From assembly GCA_963772835.1 (NCBI GenBank), contig CAVYYZ010000012.1, positions 1 through 64,000 on the forward strand: a stretch of DNA of 64,000 nucleotides, written 5' to 3'. The position numbers were made by a program, and so were the translations under genes. Under the pieces are notes generated by a model. It was not told the DNA's origin. It ran no database searches and saw nothing but the letters and a program-made list of their open reading frames with translations. The DNA comes from an uncultured delta proteobacterium. Lineage in GTDB: Bacteria > Desulfobacterota > Desulfuromonadia > Geobacterales > Pseudopelobacteraceae. Every line of letters starts with the position of its first letter. Position 1 is the stretch's first letter. Of the stretch, positions 29,988 through 42,955 are shown piece by piece.

Positions 29988-30764
29988 CTATCTCAGTACG
30001 GCGGTTTTGTCTTTGAGTATCGCTATGATTTTATCTGCCAGTTCGCCGACGTCCCCTTCAAGGACGATGCCGCCCCCTTTTTTGGCGGGTGGGTGGAAGC
30101 TGACGGTGGTGGCCACTGCGTCTTCTTTCAGGAGGTCGGCGACCGGTATGGCGGTGATCTCTTTTTTCTTGGCTTTCATGATGTTGGGGAGGGTCGGGTA
30201 GCGCGGTATGTTGAGTCCCAGCTGGCAGGTGACGAGAGCGGGGGTTTTCAGTTTGACGATGGCTTTGATGCCCCCTTCCAGTTCCCGCCGGGCGGTGATG
30301 GTGCCGCTATCATAGTCGAAGCCGATGATGGTGGTGGTGCAGGCGAGGCCGAGCTTTTCGGCGACGGTGACGCCGACCTGGGCGGAGCCCCGGTCCTGAC
30401 TCTGCATGCCGGTGAAGATGATGTCGAAGCCTTTGCCTGCGGCGTAGGCGGCGATGATGGAGGCGATCTGCCAGGGGTCTTTGCCGGATGCGGCGGGGTC
30501 CTGGATGTGGGCGGCGTTGTCGCATCCCATGGCGAGGGATTTTTTTATCGCTTCGACGACGCGGTCGGGGCCGATGGAGAGGACGGTGAGTTCACACCCT
30601 TCACCCAGTTTCTCACGCAGCTGAACGGCCTGTTCCACGGCGTATTCATCGTATTCGTTCATGCGGAAGGCAAGGTCGGTTTCGTTGTACCAGACTCCTG
30701 CGGAGTCTGGCTTGAAGCGCGATTCAAGGTCGGGGACCTGTTTGATGCAGACAAGCAGTTTCAT
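29988..30764 (-). CDS. etfB: Electron transfer flavoprotein beta subunit (second copy)
   Basis: VCIKQVPD, MNEYDEYAVE, GMQSQD and PRYPTL. Confidence 0.93.
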   Translation of the reverse strand: MKLLVCIKQVPDLESRFKPDSAGVWYNETDLAFRMNEYDEYAVEQAVQLREKLGEGCELTVLSIGPDRVVEAIKKSLAMGCDNAAHIQDPAASGKDPWQIASIIAAYAAGKGFDIIFTGMQSQDRGSAQVGVTVAEKLGLACTTTIIGFDYDSGTITARRELEGGIKAIVKLKTPALVTCQLGLNIPRYPTLPNIMKAKKKEITAIPVADLLKEDAVATTVSFHPPAKKGGGIVLEGDVGELADKIIAILKDKTAVLR

Positions 30765-30965
30765 GTGATACCTCCTGAAAAATCGTACGCCGGTCAGCGG
30801 GCGTTTATTTGCTATTTGCGTACCGAATTACCAATTTAAATCTGCGACGCAATTTACACCTACTCAATATGACGAGTCAATGACAAAAAACATCATACAA
30901 CCGCCCCCTGAATACCGGGCTGATCTTTCAGCGGTCATACCGATCCACCCGGCAGGATGAAAAAC

Positions 30966-32189
30966 TCATATAACCCCGTCAGCCCGCAACCGCGCACGTT
31001 CATCCTCTCCGAGTCCAAGCATCCCTGACAGAACCTCCTCGTTGTGTTCGCCCAACTGCGGCGGCGGCTGACGGTCATTCAGAGGCGACCGGGAAAACTT
31101 CATCGGACTCCCCACCAGCGGAATCTGCCCCGCTCCCGTATGAGGAACATCAATCCGCATGCCGCGCGACTGAACCTGAGGGTCATCAAAGACCTCCGCA
31201 ACGGTATTGATAGGACCGCACGGAACCCCCGCCTTCTCGAATGCGGCAATCCACTCGGCACGGGTCCGTTGTTTGAGTATCTCCATAATCAGGGGAATCA
31301 GTTCCGCGCGATTGTATACCCGATCGGCATTGGTACGAAACCGCTTGTCATCGGCCAGCCCGGGACATCCGGCCTCGATGCAGAATCGTGAAAACTGGGC
31401 GTCGTTTCCCACCGCCAGAATAATATGGCCGTCGCTGGTTGCTAATGCCTGATAGGGGACGATATTCGGATGGGCGTTGCCGAGCCGTACCGGCGAACAG
31501 CCGGAGACCAGATAATTGGTTGCCTGGTTGGCCAGTGTTGCCACCTGAACGTCGAGCAGCGCGAGGTCGATATACTCACCCTCTCCGGTCCGGTCCCGGT
31601 GGGCCAGTGCGGCGAGCACAGCTGTTACGGCATACATGCCGGTAAAGATGTCGACAATGGCAACACCGACTTTTACCGGGCCGCCGCCGGGAAGTTCATC
31701 CGGTTCACCGGTAACGCTCATCAGCCCCCCCATCCCCTGAATCAGGAAGTCATAGCCGGCGTTGTTCCGGTACGGACCGGTCTGACCGAATCCGGTTATT
31801 GAGCAGTAGATGATCCCCGGGTTAATCTCCAGTATTGACTGGTAGTCGAGACCGTATTTCGCCAGGCCGTCGACCTTGAAGTTTTCAAGAATGATATCAC
31901 ACTCTGCAGCCAGCCGGCGTACCAGGGCCTGTCCTTCAGGCCTGGTAAAGTCGATGGTGACTGACTTTTTCCCCCTGTTCGCCGCGAGGAAATAGGCGGC
32001 GTCACTGGTCGGCTCCCCATCACGGTCCATCAGAAACGGAGGGCCCCAGCTGCGGGTATCATCGCCGGCTCCCGGACGCTCCACCTTGATAACCTCCGCC
32101 CCCAGGTCCGCCAGGGTCTGTCCCGCCCACGGGCCGGCCAGCACCCGGCTCAGATCCAGCACTCGTATATGTTGTAACGGTCCGGCCAT
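30966..32189 (-). CDS. Family III (CaiB/BaiF) CoA-transferase, probably glutarate-activating
   Basis: VLDLSRVLAGP, GDDTRSWGPP, NRGKKS and AGYD; adjacent to glutaryl-CoA dehydrogenase. Confidence 0.9.
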   Translation of the reverse strand: MAGPLQHIRVLDLSRVLAGPWAGQTLADLGAEVIKVERPGAGDDTRSWGPPFLMDRDGEPTSDAAYFLAANRGKKSVTIDFTRPEGQALVRRLAAECDIILENFKVDGLAKYGLDYQSILEINPGIIYCSITGFGQTGPYRNNAGYDFLIQGMGGLMSVTGEPDELPGGGPVKVGVAIVDIFTGMYAVTAVLAALAHRDRTGEGEYIDLALLDVQVATLANQATNYLVSGCSPVRLGNAHPNIVPYQALATSDGHIILAVGNDAQFSRFCIEAGCPGLADDKRFRTNADRVYNRAELIPLIMEILKQRTRAEWIAAFEKAGVPCGPINTVAEVFDDPQVQSRGMRIDVPHTGAGQIPLVGSPMKFSRSPLNDRQPPPQLGEHNEEVLSGMLGLGEDERARLRADGVI

Positions 32190-32223
32190 GTGTATACTCC
32201 CTCTCCCGGATATATGCCGGCCG

Positions 32224-33405
32224 TCAGCTGCGAAACGCCGGAATTCCGGTTATTTCCTGGCCGATTACCAGCAGATGCATGTCGTGGGTGCCTTCATAGG
32301 TATGAACCGCCTCAAGGTTATTGGCGTGGCGCATGATCGGATACTCCCCCATGATGCCGTTGGCACCCAGGATCGTGCGGGCTGACCGGGCGATATCGAT
32401 GGCACTATTGACATTATTCATCTTCGCCATGGAAACCTGGGCCGGAGTGTATTTCCCCTGGTCCTTCAGGCGGCCGAGCTGCATGACCAACAGCTGTCCT
32501 TTCGTTATCTCGGTGACCATCTCTGCCATTTTTTTCTGCTGCAGCTGAAACGAAGCGATCGGCCGGTCAAACTGGATCCGGCTGAGTGAATAGTCAAGTG
32601 CGGTCTGATAACAGTCGTCCGCCGCCCCCAGAACGCCCCAGGCGATGCCGTAGCGGGCCTGGGTCAGGCAGCCGAGAGGCCCCTTTATCCCCTTTACGTT
32701 CGGCAGCAGACTTTTTTCTTCATCGACAATGACGTCATCGAAGATCAGTTCGGAGGTGACCGAGGCACGCAGACTCCATTTGCCGTGCATCTGCGGGGCG
32801 CTGAATCCGGGGGTCCCCTTCTCGACCAGAAAGCCGCGGATACCCTCGTCCGTTCTGGCCCACACGACCGCAACGTCGGCAATACTGCCGTTGGTGATCC
32901 ACATCTTGGAGCCGTTGATACGCCATTTTTTCCCCGTTTCCCGAACCGCCTGCGTGCGCATGCCGGAAGGGTTGGACCCGAAATCCGGCTCAGTCAGACC
33001 GAAACAGCCGATTGCATCGCCGCAGGCCATCCGGGGAAGCCAGTACTCTTTCTGAGCGTCACTCCCGTACGCGTAAATCGGATACATGACCAGTGAGCCC
33101 ATGACCGAGGCGAAGCTGCGAATCCCGGAATCACCACGCTCAAGCTCATACATCAACAGGCCGTAGGCGACGTTGGAAAGACCGGCACAGCCGTATTTTT
33201 CCGGAAGATTGGATCCGTAGAAACCGAGTTCTCCCATTTTTTTTATCAGGTGATTCGGGAAAGTTTCGTTCCGGGCATGTTCCTCGATAATCGGCATGAC
33301 CTCATCATTGACAAATTTTCGGGCCGTCTCCCTGACCAGCTTCTCCTCATCGGTCAATAACCCCTGAAACCCCATGTAGTCGGTCAGTTCTGTTCGTAAA
33401 GCCAT
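32224..33405 (-). CDS. gcdH: Glutaryl-CoA dehydrogenase (acyl-CoA dehydrogenase family)
   Basis: ELERGDSGIRS, FGLTEPDFGS, ARYGIAWG and TYEGTHD signatures. Confidence 0.82.
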   Translation of the reverse strand: MALRTELTDYMGFQGLLTDEEKLVRETARKFVNDEVMPIIEEHARNETFPNHLIKKMGELGFYGSNLPEKYGCAGLSNVAYGLLMYELERGDSGIRSFASVMGSLVMYPIYAYGSDAQKEYWLPRMACGDAIGCFGLTEPDFGSNPSGMRTQAVRETGKKWRINGSKMWITNGSIADVAVVWARTDEGIRGFLVEKGTPGFSAPQMHGKWSLRASVTSELIFDDVIVDEEKSLLPNVKGIKGPLGCLTQARYGIAWGVLGAADDCYQTALDYSLSRIQFDRPIASFQLQQKKMAEMVTEITKGQLLVMQLGRLKDQGKYTPAQVSMAKMNNVNSAIDIARSARTILGANGIMGEYPIMRHANNLEAVHTYEGTHDMHLLVIGQEITGIPAFRS

Positions 33406-33451
33406 GTGCTCCCCTTTTCCGGTCTCCGTGGACCGCTGACGTAGAATGTGA

Positions 33452-34258
33452 TTACACCTGCAGGTGTGATAGTGCGGTTTTTACATTGCCGACCAGATTG
33501 TGCAGTCGCGGCCCGATATCTTTTTCAAACATCTCACTGTTCAATTGAAAAGATGCGCCGCTACAGCTGAACACCATGATTTCAGAATTATCGCTGGCCA
33601 CCAGAGGCACCGAGATGGCATTGACTTCCTCCCGCCACTCCCCCAGTGAATAGCAGAATCCTCTTTTTTTATAGCCGGCGAGGGCCTGTTCAATCCCCTG
33701 CTTGATTTTCGGCCAGTTATGTTCGTCGTTTTTACGAATCTGCCCCATCAGCTTGATCCGCTCCATCTCAGGCAGGGCGCAGAGATATGCCCTCCCCATG
33801 GAGGTTGTGGCGATCGGGATCTGCGAACCGACATCGAGCTGCACCGTAAATGTCGAGCTATTACGGTAGGTGTCGATATAGACCATATTCTGCCGGTCGC
33901 GGATTCCGAGGCTGACCGATGCCCGCGTGTGCTCCGCCAACGCCTGCATCAGCGGCCGGGCAATTCTGCGGATATGCATCTGTGCCAGCATTGAATAGCC
34001 GAAACCGATAAAGGTTTTCCCCAGGCAGTACTTGTTCTGGTCCATGAAATAGCGGAGATACCCCAGTTCCGTGAGGGTATAGGTCACGCGGGAGACCGTC
34101 GACTTAGGAAGACCCGTACGTCGGGCAATTTCCTGGTTCCCGAGGACACGATCGCTTGACATAAAACAGACCAGAACATCAAGGCCCCTCGCCAGCGCTG
34201 AAATGAATTTACGATCTTTCTCACCACTCTGGGTACCATCATCGATTGCTGTCGGCAT
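33452..34258 (-). CDS. IclR-family transcriptional regulator
   Basis: ALARGLDVL...GLPKSTVSR HTH, TSMGRA, and a C-terminal IclR effector domain. Confidence 0.93.
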   Translation of the reverse strand: MPTAIDDGTQSGEKDRKFISALARGLDVLVCFMSSDRVLGNQEIARRTGLPKSTVSRVTYTLTELGYLRYFMDQNKYCLGKTFIGFGYSMLAQMHIRRIARPLMQALAEHTRASVSLGIRDRQNMVYIDTYRNSSTFTVQLDVGSQIPIATTSMGRAYLCALPEMERIKLMGQIRKNDEHNWPKIKQGIEQALAGYKKRGFCYSLGEWREEVNAISVPLVASDNSEIMVFSCSGASFQLNSEMFEKDIGPRLHNLVGNVKTALSHLQV

Positions 34259-34383
34259 ATGACCGTCTCCTTTCTGTATGCTGCCTGCTCCACCCGGGTA
34301 GTGATCGGCGGCAATCCACTACGCCACGCTCTCACATGCAAACTGCCCGCGTCAAGACAGAAATCGCGCTCTGCAGAATATGT

Positions 34384-34400
34384 ATTCCGCTGAGCGGAAT
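34384..34400. promoter_or_regulatory. Palindromic operator upstream of the IclR gene
   Basis: ATTCCGCT-G-AGCGGAAT, a perfect 8-1-8 inverted repeat. Confidence 0.55.
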
Positions 34401-34800
34401 TTCTCGCCCGATTGCGGAACGTGGCGTTCGTCAATCTCCGGTACCGGCATGTGAAGAGGGCACAACGGACCCCGTCGCGATGCGCTATAACGCCCGGCAC
34501 GGTGAGGCTGCCAATTGATGACTTGGGAAAGAGGGAAGGTGCGACAGTCAGGGCGATAGTAAGGTGATGCAGTATGCTGAGGCGAAATACTGTTGAGCGG
34601 CATGTTCGGTATGCACATATGGAGTGGAACAGACTCCATCCGGAGTCAGCGTCGGTAACGATGCTGCTGTAGTCGAACCGTTAACGGCATGCAGGCCATT
34701 GTGGCACCGGAGGCACGATTGAAACGACGAACTCCAGAAAAGGGTATGGGAGGTCTTCGAACCGGAGCTGGAAGGGCTGCTGCCCCCGTGTTGATCTGTA

Positions 34801-34837
34801 AAAAGAGGCCCGTCCGATTACTTCGGATGGGCCTCTT
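34801..34837 (-). terminator. Terminator downstream of gltD
   Basis: AAGAGGCCC...GGGCCTCTT hairpin with a minus-strand T-tract. Confidence 0.8.
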
Positions 34838-34889
34838 GACCTCGTTATAACATATCAGTCAGGTGGATTAACTCAGAAGTAAAGAATCC

Positions 34890-36371
34890 TTACGGCAGTT
34901 CACTGTTCCCCATCAGATAGCGATCGCACTCACGGGCAGCACCACGCCCTTCGTTAAAAGCCCATACGACAAGGCTCTGGCCTCTACGACAGTCGCCTGC
35001 TGCAAACACACCGGGTATGTTCGTGCTGTATGTATCGAAATCCGCCTTGATATTGCTGCGTGAATCCCGTTCCAAACCGAGAGAATCGATCAGTGGCTGC
35101 TCAGGTCCGAGAAAACCCATCGCCAGCAGCACTAATCCAGCGGGGCGTATCTGCTCCGTACCCGGAACCGGTTCCGGAACAAACTGACCTTTTTCATTTT
35201 TCTGCCACGCGACTTCAACGGTATGAACTGCCGTAATGACCCCGTTTTCATCACCCTCAAAGCTGGAAGCGGTAGTCAGGTAAACCCTTGGATCAGCTCC
35301 GAATTTCGCGGCAGCCTCCTCCTGACCGTAATCGACTTTATGCGTTTTGGGCCACTCCGGCCAGGGATTATCTGCCGCGCGCCGGTCCGGGGAGCGGGGC
35401 ATGATCTCCAGCTGAACAACACTCTTACAGCTATGACGAAGTGACGTGCCGACACAGTCTGTACCGGTATCACCACCACCAATGATGATAACATCCTTCC
35501 CCTTGGCTGAGATGAAATCATCATCCCCGTTCAGGAGCGACTTGGTGTTTTCTGTCAAAAAATCCATCGCAAAATGAATTCCCTTGAGGTTGCGGCCGAT
35601 AACAGGAAGATCACGAGGCAGGGTGGCACCGGTAGTCAGCACAACAGCATCGAAATCAGCGAGCAGCTGAGCCGCAGGCAGCCCGCCGCCGCCCACTTCT
35701 GTATTACAGACAAAAGAAATTCCTTCTGCTTCCATCAGCCTGATCCTGCGAAAAACAACCTCGCGCTTATCGAGCTTCATGTTGGGAATTCCGTACATCA
35801 GTAAACCACCCGGCAGATCAGCGCGCTCAAAGACGGTAACAGTGTGACCGGCCGTGTTGAGCTGGGCGGCGGCGGAAAGACCCGCAGGGCCGGAACCGAC
35901 AACTGCGACTTTTTTGCCGCTGCGGTGTGCCGGGATGGCCGGAGCAATCCACCCTTCTTCAAAGCCGTGCTCGATAATGCTCACTTCGATATTTTTAATT
36001 GTAACCGCCGGATCGATCATGCCGAGCGTACAGGAACCCTCGCATGGAGCGGGGCAGACACGTCCTGTGAACTCGGGGAAATTGTTGGTTTTAAGCAGCC
36101 GGTCCAGCGCCTGATGCCAGAGGTTGCGGTAGACCAGATCATTCCACTCCGGGATAAGATTTCCGATCGGGCATCCACTCGCCATACCGCTGATCAGCAC
36201 GCCGCTGTGACAGAACGGCACGCCGCAATCCATACAACGGGCACCCTGTATGCGCAATTCTTCATCAGGCATATGCAGATGGAATTCGTTCCAGTCGTTT
36301 ATACGCTCCAGAGGTGTCCGGTCAGCCGGCACTTCGCGAGTATATTCCATGAATCCAGTTAGTTTTCCCAT
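34890..36371 (-). CDS. gltD: Glutamate synthase small subunit
   Basis: [39 protein letters not shown] and GGGDTG. Confidence 0.96.
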   Translation of the reverse strand: MGKLTGFMEYTREVPADRTPLERINDWNEFHLHMPDEELRIQGARCMDCGVPFCHSGVLISGMASGCPIGNLIPEWNDLVYRNLWHQALDRLLKTNNFPEFTGRVCPAPCEGSCTLGMIDPAVTIKNIEVSIIEHGFEEGWIAPAIPAHRSGKKVAVVGSGPAGLSAAAQLNTAGHTVTVFERADLPGGLLMYGIPNMKLDKREVVFRRIRLMEAEGISFVCNTEVGGGGLPAAQLLADFDAVVLTTGATLPRDLPVIGRNLKGIHFAMDFLTENTKSLLNGDDDFISAKGKDVIIIGGGDTGTDCVGTSLRHSCKSVVQLEIMPRSPDRRAADNPWPEWPKTHKVDYGQEEAAAKFGADPRVYLTTASSFEGDENGVITAVHTVEVAWQKNEKGQFVPEPVPGTEQIRPAGLVLLAMGFLGPEQPLIDSLGLERDSRSNIKADFDTYSTNIPGVFAAGDCRRGQSLVVWAFNEGRGAARECDRYLMGNSELP

Positions 36372-36397
36372 AATTCAATTCCCTGTATCAAAATATT

Positions 36398-36479
36398 GTA
36401 GGGGCGTATTACGTACGCCCTGATGGCAATGGCAACTGTCCCGGTTCTCGCAACGAGGGCGCACGCGGTGTGCCCCTAC
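36398..36479. repeat. REP-like inverted palindrome pair between gltB and gltD
   Basis: GTAGGGGCG...CGCCC, spacer, GGGCGCAC...GTGCCCCTAC. Confidence 0.7.
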
Positions 36480-36489
36480 GATGCACACC

Positions 36490-39400
36490 TTAATGTCCGC
36501 TGAGCGAATTTTCCTCGAATGCAGCGGCCAGCGCATCCTCACCGCTCAGCCCGGCGGCCTTCGCCCGTTCCAGAGCCTGCAGTACCCGTTTATAATCGGT
36601 GGGCATTACTTTAACAAACCGGGGCAGAACGTTCCGCCAGTTTATCAGCATCATTGTGGCAAGGGAGCTCCCGGTGTATTCGGCATGTTTTTCAATCATA
36701 CCCTTGAGAGTGGCGGCATCGGATTCATCAAGGAGTTCCAGGCCGACCATTTCACTGTTGCAGTGGGATGCAAATGTGTCATGTTCATCAAAAACATAGG
36801 CAATCCCGCCGCTCATGCCGGCCGCAAAATTTCGACCGGTTTCGCCGAGAATCACCACGGTGCCGCCGGTCATGTATTCACACCCATGATCGCCGACCCC
36901 TTCAACAACTGCGTTGACACCGGAATTGCGGACGCAGAAGCGTTCGCCGGCTATGCCGCGAATGTAGGCAGAGCCGCTGGTAGCACCGTAAAAGGCCACG
37001 TTGCCGGCGATGATGTTCTCTTCCGCCTTAAAGATAGTCCCGTCAGGCGGGTAAAGTACAATTGTACCGCCACTGAGCCCTTTACCCAGATAATCATTGG
37101 CATCACCCGATAAATTGAGGGTGACTCCGCAGGGTACGAATGCCCCGAAGCTTTGTCCCGCGGAGCCGTTGAAGGTGAGGTGGACCGTATCGTCCGGAAG
37201 GCCCTTGGCACCATGACTGCGGGTGATCTCATTGCCGAGTATCGTCCCTACTACGCGGTCAACATTGGTAATCGGCAGCTCTGCCCGTACCTTTTCACCC
37301 CTCTCTATTGCAGGCTGGCAGATATCCAGCAGCCTGGTCATATCGATCGATTTTTCCAGACCGTGATCCTGCTTCTCAGTGTTGTACCGCCCTACGTTCA
37401 ACCCCACTTTTGGCTGGAACAGAATCTGGGAGAAGTCAAGCCCCCTGGCCTTCCAATGGTCGATTGCCTTATTGGCTTCAAGAACATCGCACCGGCCAAC
37501 CATCTCGTTCAGGGTGCGGAAGCCGAGCAGAGCCATGATCTCGCGCAGCTCCTCCGCGACAAAGCGCATGAAGTTCACAACGTATTCCGGCTTGCCGCTG
37601 AAGTTTTTGCGCAGTTCCGGATCCTGCGTCGCCACACCGGTCGGGCAGGTATTACTTTGGCAGACACGCATCATGACACATCCCAGAGTCACCAGCGGAG
37701 CGGTGGCAAAACCGAACTCTTCAGCACCGAGTAGTGCCGCGATAGCTACGTCACGGCCGGTCTTCAGCTGGCCATCGGCTTCAATGATGATCCGGCTGCG
37801 CAGGTTATTCAGCAGCAGCGTCTGGTGGGTTTCGGCCAGGCCGAGCTCCCAGGGGAGGCCGGCGTGCTTGATGCTGGATATGGGAGACGCCCCGGTGCCT
37901 CCATCATAGCCGCTGATAAGGACGACATCCGCATGAGCCTTGGCGACGCCGGCGGCAATAGTACCGACTCCGACTTCGGATACCAGCTTGACGCTGATAC
38001 GTGCGCGGCGGTTGGCATTTTTCAGATCGTGGATCAGCTCGGCGAGATCCTCGATTGAGTAGATATCATGGTGCGGTGGCGGCGATACAAGGCCGACACC
38101 AGGAGTTGTATGACGGGTCTTGGCGATCCAGGGATAGACTTTGTGCCCCGGCAGCTCGCCACCCTCTCCCGGCTTCGCCCCTTGCGCCATCTTGATCTGC
38201 AGTTCACCGGCGTTGGTCAGGTAATCACTGGTGACACCGAACCGCCCCGAAGCAACCTGTTTAATGGCACTGTTCTTGGAGTCACCCAACTCGTTGGTCC
38301 AGGTAAAGCGTTCAGGATCTTCACCCCCCTCGCCGGTGTTTGATCTCCCCCCGATCCGGTTCATTGCGATCGCCAGCGCCTCGTGAGCCTCCTTGCTGAT
38401 TGAGCCGTAGGACATGGCACCGGTCTTGAACCGCTTCATTATTTCTTCTGCCGGTTCGACCTCTTCAATCGGTACTGATGGAATATTCTTCTTGAAGTTA
38501 AGAAGACCGCGCAGGGTATAGTGACGGGTACTCTGGTCATCGATCAACGAGGAAAACACCTTGAACTCACGGTAATCGTCGGTGCGGACCGCTTTCTGGA
38601 GCGAGGTGATCGTCAGTGGATTATACTGATGCTCTTCGCCATCCTTACGCCACTGATAGACGCCGCCCGGATCAAGCATCACCTCGGGGGCCACTCGTTC
38701 CGGATAGGCCCGTGCGTGCCGTTCCATCAGCTCCCGCGCGATACCGTCGATATCGGTCCCTCCGATACGTGAGGGCGTCAATGTGAAATAGCGGTCAATT
38801 ACCGAGCGATGAAGTCCGACCGCCTCGAAAATCTGGGCGCCGCGGTAACTCTGCACAGTAGAAATTCCCATCTTTGCCATGGTCTTGACGATACCTTTGA
38901 CGGATGCCTTGATAAAATTACCGGCCGCTTTTTTGCTGTCGAGATCCGGCAGCATCCCCTGCAGAATCATGTCATCAAGAGATTCAAAGGCCAGGTACGG
39001 GTTTATTGCATTAACGCCATAGCCGAGGAGCACTGCAAAATGGTGTACCTCACGTGGTTCGCCTGATTCCAGGACCAGAGAAACCAGTGTGCGGGTGCCG
39101 CTGGTAACCAGATGCTGATGCAGTCCGGAAAGTGCCAGTAGAGCGGGAATGGCGGCGTTTTCTTTATCTGCTCCACGGTCGGAGAGAATCAGAATATTGC
39201 AGCCGGTCTCAACAGCAACGTCGGCGGCGGCAAAAAGTGTTTCAAGCCCCTTTTCCATGGCGCCGGCACCGCGTGCAGCCGGAAACAGAAGTGACAGGGT
39301 GGCGGATTTGAAATCAGGATGGTCAATCTGCCGCAGCTTTTCCAGCTCCTGATTGCTGAGTAGCGGCTGCTTGAGTTTGATTCTCCTGGCGTTGTCTGCT

Positions 39401-41067
39401 GTCGGTTCCAGCAATCTCCCCTCGGCGCCGATTAACGTGATTGTAGAGGTGACAATTTCTTCACGGATCGGGTCAATCGGAGGATTGGTTACCTGGGCAA
39501 ATAACTGTTTGAAGTAATTGTACAGCAGCTGATTCTGGTTGGAGAGCACCGCCAGGGGGGTGTCGGTTCCCATGGATCCAAGCGGCTGGATACCGTCTCG
39601 GGCCATCGGACCCAGGACAATGCGCTGATCCTCAAAAGTGTAGCCAAAGGCCATCTGCCGCTGGACGAGGGTGGCATGCTCCGGGAGATCTGCATCGGGT
39701 ACAGCCGGCAGATCTTCAAGGGCAATGTGATGTTCTTTCAGCCACTCTCCGTAAGGATTGGCAGCCGCCAACTCTTCCTTGATCTCTTTGTCGGGGACAA
39801 TACGCCCCTGCTCCGTATCTACAAGAAACATCTGTCCCGGTTCGAGTCGGCCTTTACTCAGAATACGGCCCGGCTCGATCTGCAGAACTCCGGCTTCAGA
39901 TGCCATAATGACAAGATCGTCATTGGTAATGTAATACCGGGAAGGGCGCAGCCCGTTACGATCAAGAACCGCGCCGATACAGCGGCCATCCGTGAAGGCT
40001 ACCGCTGCCGGACCGTCCCACGGAGCAATCAGACAGGAATGATATTCATAAAACGCCTTCTTTTCTTCGCTCATGTCTTCGTGGTTTTCCCACGGCTCCG
40101 GCACCATCATCATGATTGCATGCGGCAGCGAACGGCCGCTCATGACCAGCAGTTCCAGACAGTTGTCGAACATGCCGGAATCAGAGCCGTCGGGGTTAAT
40201 GACCGGCAGAATCTTCTTGATGTCATCGCCAAAAAGATTGCTCGTTAAAAGATGCTGACGGGAGTTCATCCAGTTGACATTGCCGCGCAGGGTATTGATC
40301 TCACCGTTATGGGCCAGAAAATGATAGGGATGGGCGCGGTCCCAGCTGGGAAAGGTGTTGGTTGAGAACCGGGAATGTACCAATGCGATCGCGCTTTCCA
40401 TCGCGGTGTCACGCAGCTCAGGATAGTACTGGTCTACCTGTACCGGCATAAGCATACCCTTGTAGATTATTGTCCGGGTGGAGAGACTGCAGACGTACCA
40501 GTTCTCGTCCACTCCGGCACGCCGTATTTCGTTGGTAGCCCGCTGGTTGATAATGTAAAGCGTGCGGTTGAATGCATGTTCGTCAGCGACATCAAGGGGG
40601 CGCTTGAGGAACAGCTGCCGCACCATCGGCTCCCCTTCCCAGGCGGTATTCCCCAGCGATGAATTATCGGTCGGTACGTTGCGCCAGCCAAGGAGCTCCA
40701 CACCCTCTTCAACCAGAATCTTTTCAAGAATATGGCGGGCGGCATTGCGTTCGGTTGCTTTCGGTGAAGTGAATACCATACCGACACCGTAGTGAAACGG
40801 CTCGGGCAGCTCTATGCCAAGCGGTTCGCAGACCGATCGCAGAAATTTATCAGGCATCTGTATGAGAATTCCGGCGCCGTCTCCGGTATTCGGTTCACAC
40901 CCGCATGCACCGCGGTGGTCAAGGTTGACTAGGATTTCAAGCGCCTGACTGACGATCTCGTGTGACTTTCTGCCTTTGATATTTACTACGAAGCCGACGC
41001 CGCACGCGTCGTGCTCAAACTGTGGATCGTAGAGACCCTGTTTTGCTGGTGGCTTGTTGTTTTTCAT
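36490..41067 (-). CDS. gltB: Glutamate synthase large subunit
   Basis: [39 protein letters not shown] and GXGXG C-terminal repeats. Confidence 0.98.
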   Translation of the reverse strand: MKNNKPPAKQGLYDPQFEHDACGVGFVVNIKGRKSHEIVSQALEILVNLDHRGACGCEPNTGDGAGILIQMPDKFLRSVCEPLGIELPEPFHYGVGMVFTSPKATERNAARHILEKILVEEGVELLGWRNVPTDNSSLGNTAWEGEPMVRQLFLKRPLDVADEHAFNRTLYIINQRATNEIRRAGVDENWYVCSLSTRTIIYKGMLMPVQVDQYYPELRDTAMESAIALVHSRFSTNTFPSWDRAHPYHFLAHNGEINTLRGNVNWMNSRQHLLTSNLFGDDIKKILPVINPDGSDSGMFDNCLELLVMSGRSLPHAIMMMVPEPWENHEDMSEEKKAFYEYHSCLIAPWDGPAAVAFTDGRCIGAVLDRNGLRPSRYYITNDDLVIMASEAGVLQIEPGRILSKGRLEPGQMFLVDTEQGRIVPDKEIKEELAAANPYGEWLKEHHIALEDLPAVPDADLPEHATLVQRQMAFGYTFEDQRIVLGPMARDGIQPLGSMGTDTPLAVLSNQNQLLYNYFKQLFAQVTNPPIDPIREEIVTSTITLIGAEGRLLEPTADNARRIKLKQPLLSNQELEKLRQIDHPDFKSATLSLLFPAARGAGAMEKGLETLFAAADVAVETGCNILILSDRGADKENAAIPALLALSGLHQHLVTSGTRTLVSLVLESGEPREVHHFAVLLGYGVNAINPYLAFESLDDMILQGMLPDLDSKKAAGNFIKASVKGIVKTMAKMGISTVQSYRGAQIFEAVGLHRSVIDRYFTLTPSRIGGTDIDGIARELMERHARAYPERVAPEVMLDPGGVYQWRKDGEEHQYNPLTITSLQKAVRTDDYREFKVFSSLIDDQSTRHYTLRGLLNFKKNIPSVPIEEVEPAEEIMKRFKTGAMSYGSISKEAHEALAIAMNRIGGRSNTGEGGEDPERFTWTNELGDSKNSAIKQVASGRFGVTSDYLTNAGELQIKMAQGAKPGEGGELPGHKVYPWIAKTRHTTPGVGLVSPPPHHDIYSIEDLAELIHDLKNANRRARISVKLVSEVGVGTIAAGVAKAHADVVLISGYDGGTGASPISSIKHAGLPWELGLAETHQTLLLNNLRSRIIIEADGQLKTGRDVAIAALLGAEEFGFATAPLVTLGCVMMRVCQSNTCPTGVATQDPELRKNFSGKPEYVVNFMRFVAEELREIMALLGFRTLNEMVGRCDVLEANKAIDHWKARGLDFSQILFQPKVGLNVGRYNTEKQDHGLEKSIDMTRLLDICQPAIERGEKVRAELPITNVDRVVGTILGNEITRSHGAKGLPDDTVHLTFNGSAGQSFGAFVPCGVTLNLSGDANDYLGKGLSGGTIVLYPPDGTIFKAEENIIAGNVAFYGATSGSAYIRGIAGERFCVRNSGVNAVVEGVGDHGCEYMTGGTVVILGETGRNFAAGMSGGIAYVFDEHDTFASHCNSEMVGLELLDESDAATLKGMIEKHAEYTGSSLATMMLINWRNVLPRFVKVMPTDYKRVLQALERAKAAGLSGEDALAAAFEENSLSGH

Positions 41068-41132
41068 TGTTTAACCTTTTTCCCGGTATTTCTGAAATCA
41101 TTTGGTCCGCAAACTGTGCGGATGATTTGTTA

Positions 41133-41148
41133 AGCAGAGAGTGTGCCA
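41133..41148 (-). promoter_or_regulatory. sigma54 (-24/-12) promoter of gltB
   Basis: Minus strand TGGCACACTCTCTGCT with canonical GG-N10-GC spacing, about 65 bp before the ATG. Confidence 0.65.
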
Positions 41149-41514
41149 CTCACACCCTTTTGCACTGTTTCATTATGATTTGTCTGTTATTAAGGCCGGT
41201 TGAAACATGCTGCGGCAACTGAGCGGCGCTCCTCCATGGCGGCCACTCACGGTAACAGAGTTTAATAATAACACAGTTGAGTACATTTTACCACGCTTCA
41301 CTTTTCCCGCACTCGAGAGAATCCAATACATTCGCGATGCGGACACCTCATTAGGCATCTCTGCCTGTCTCCAAAAATGCATATAATGAGCGCATCAGCA
41401 TTCCTTTATGCCTATGAATTGGTCAGATACGCACATATGCATAAATAATCGGCACAGATGCTCATTTACTTTACACTATGATTAAATTTTATGCTATTAG
41501 AGCATAAAATTTAA

Positions 41515-42876
<1,362 letters not shown>

Positions 42877-42894
42877 TTTCAGGTAAAGGATACT

Positions 42895-42937
42895 ACAAAA
42901 CAAAAAGCCCGGACTTGCGCCGGGCTTTTTGTTTTGT
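42895..42937. terminator. Bidirectional terminator
   Basis: ACAAAACAAAAAGCCCGG-loop-CCGGGCTTTTTGTTTTGT between convergent genes. Confidence 0.9.
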
Positions 42938-42955
42938 GATGCCGTGCACGGAATT

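Noticed and set aside
34500..34800. Long intergenic stretch containing a GGTTCGAA T-loop-like word
   Set aside because: No tRNA fold or convincing ORF; left unannotated.
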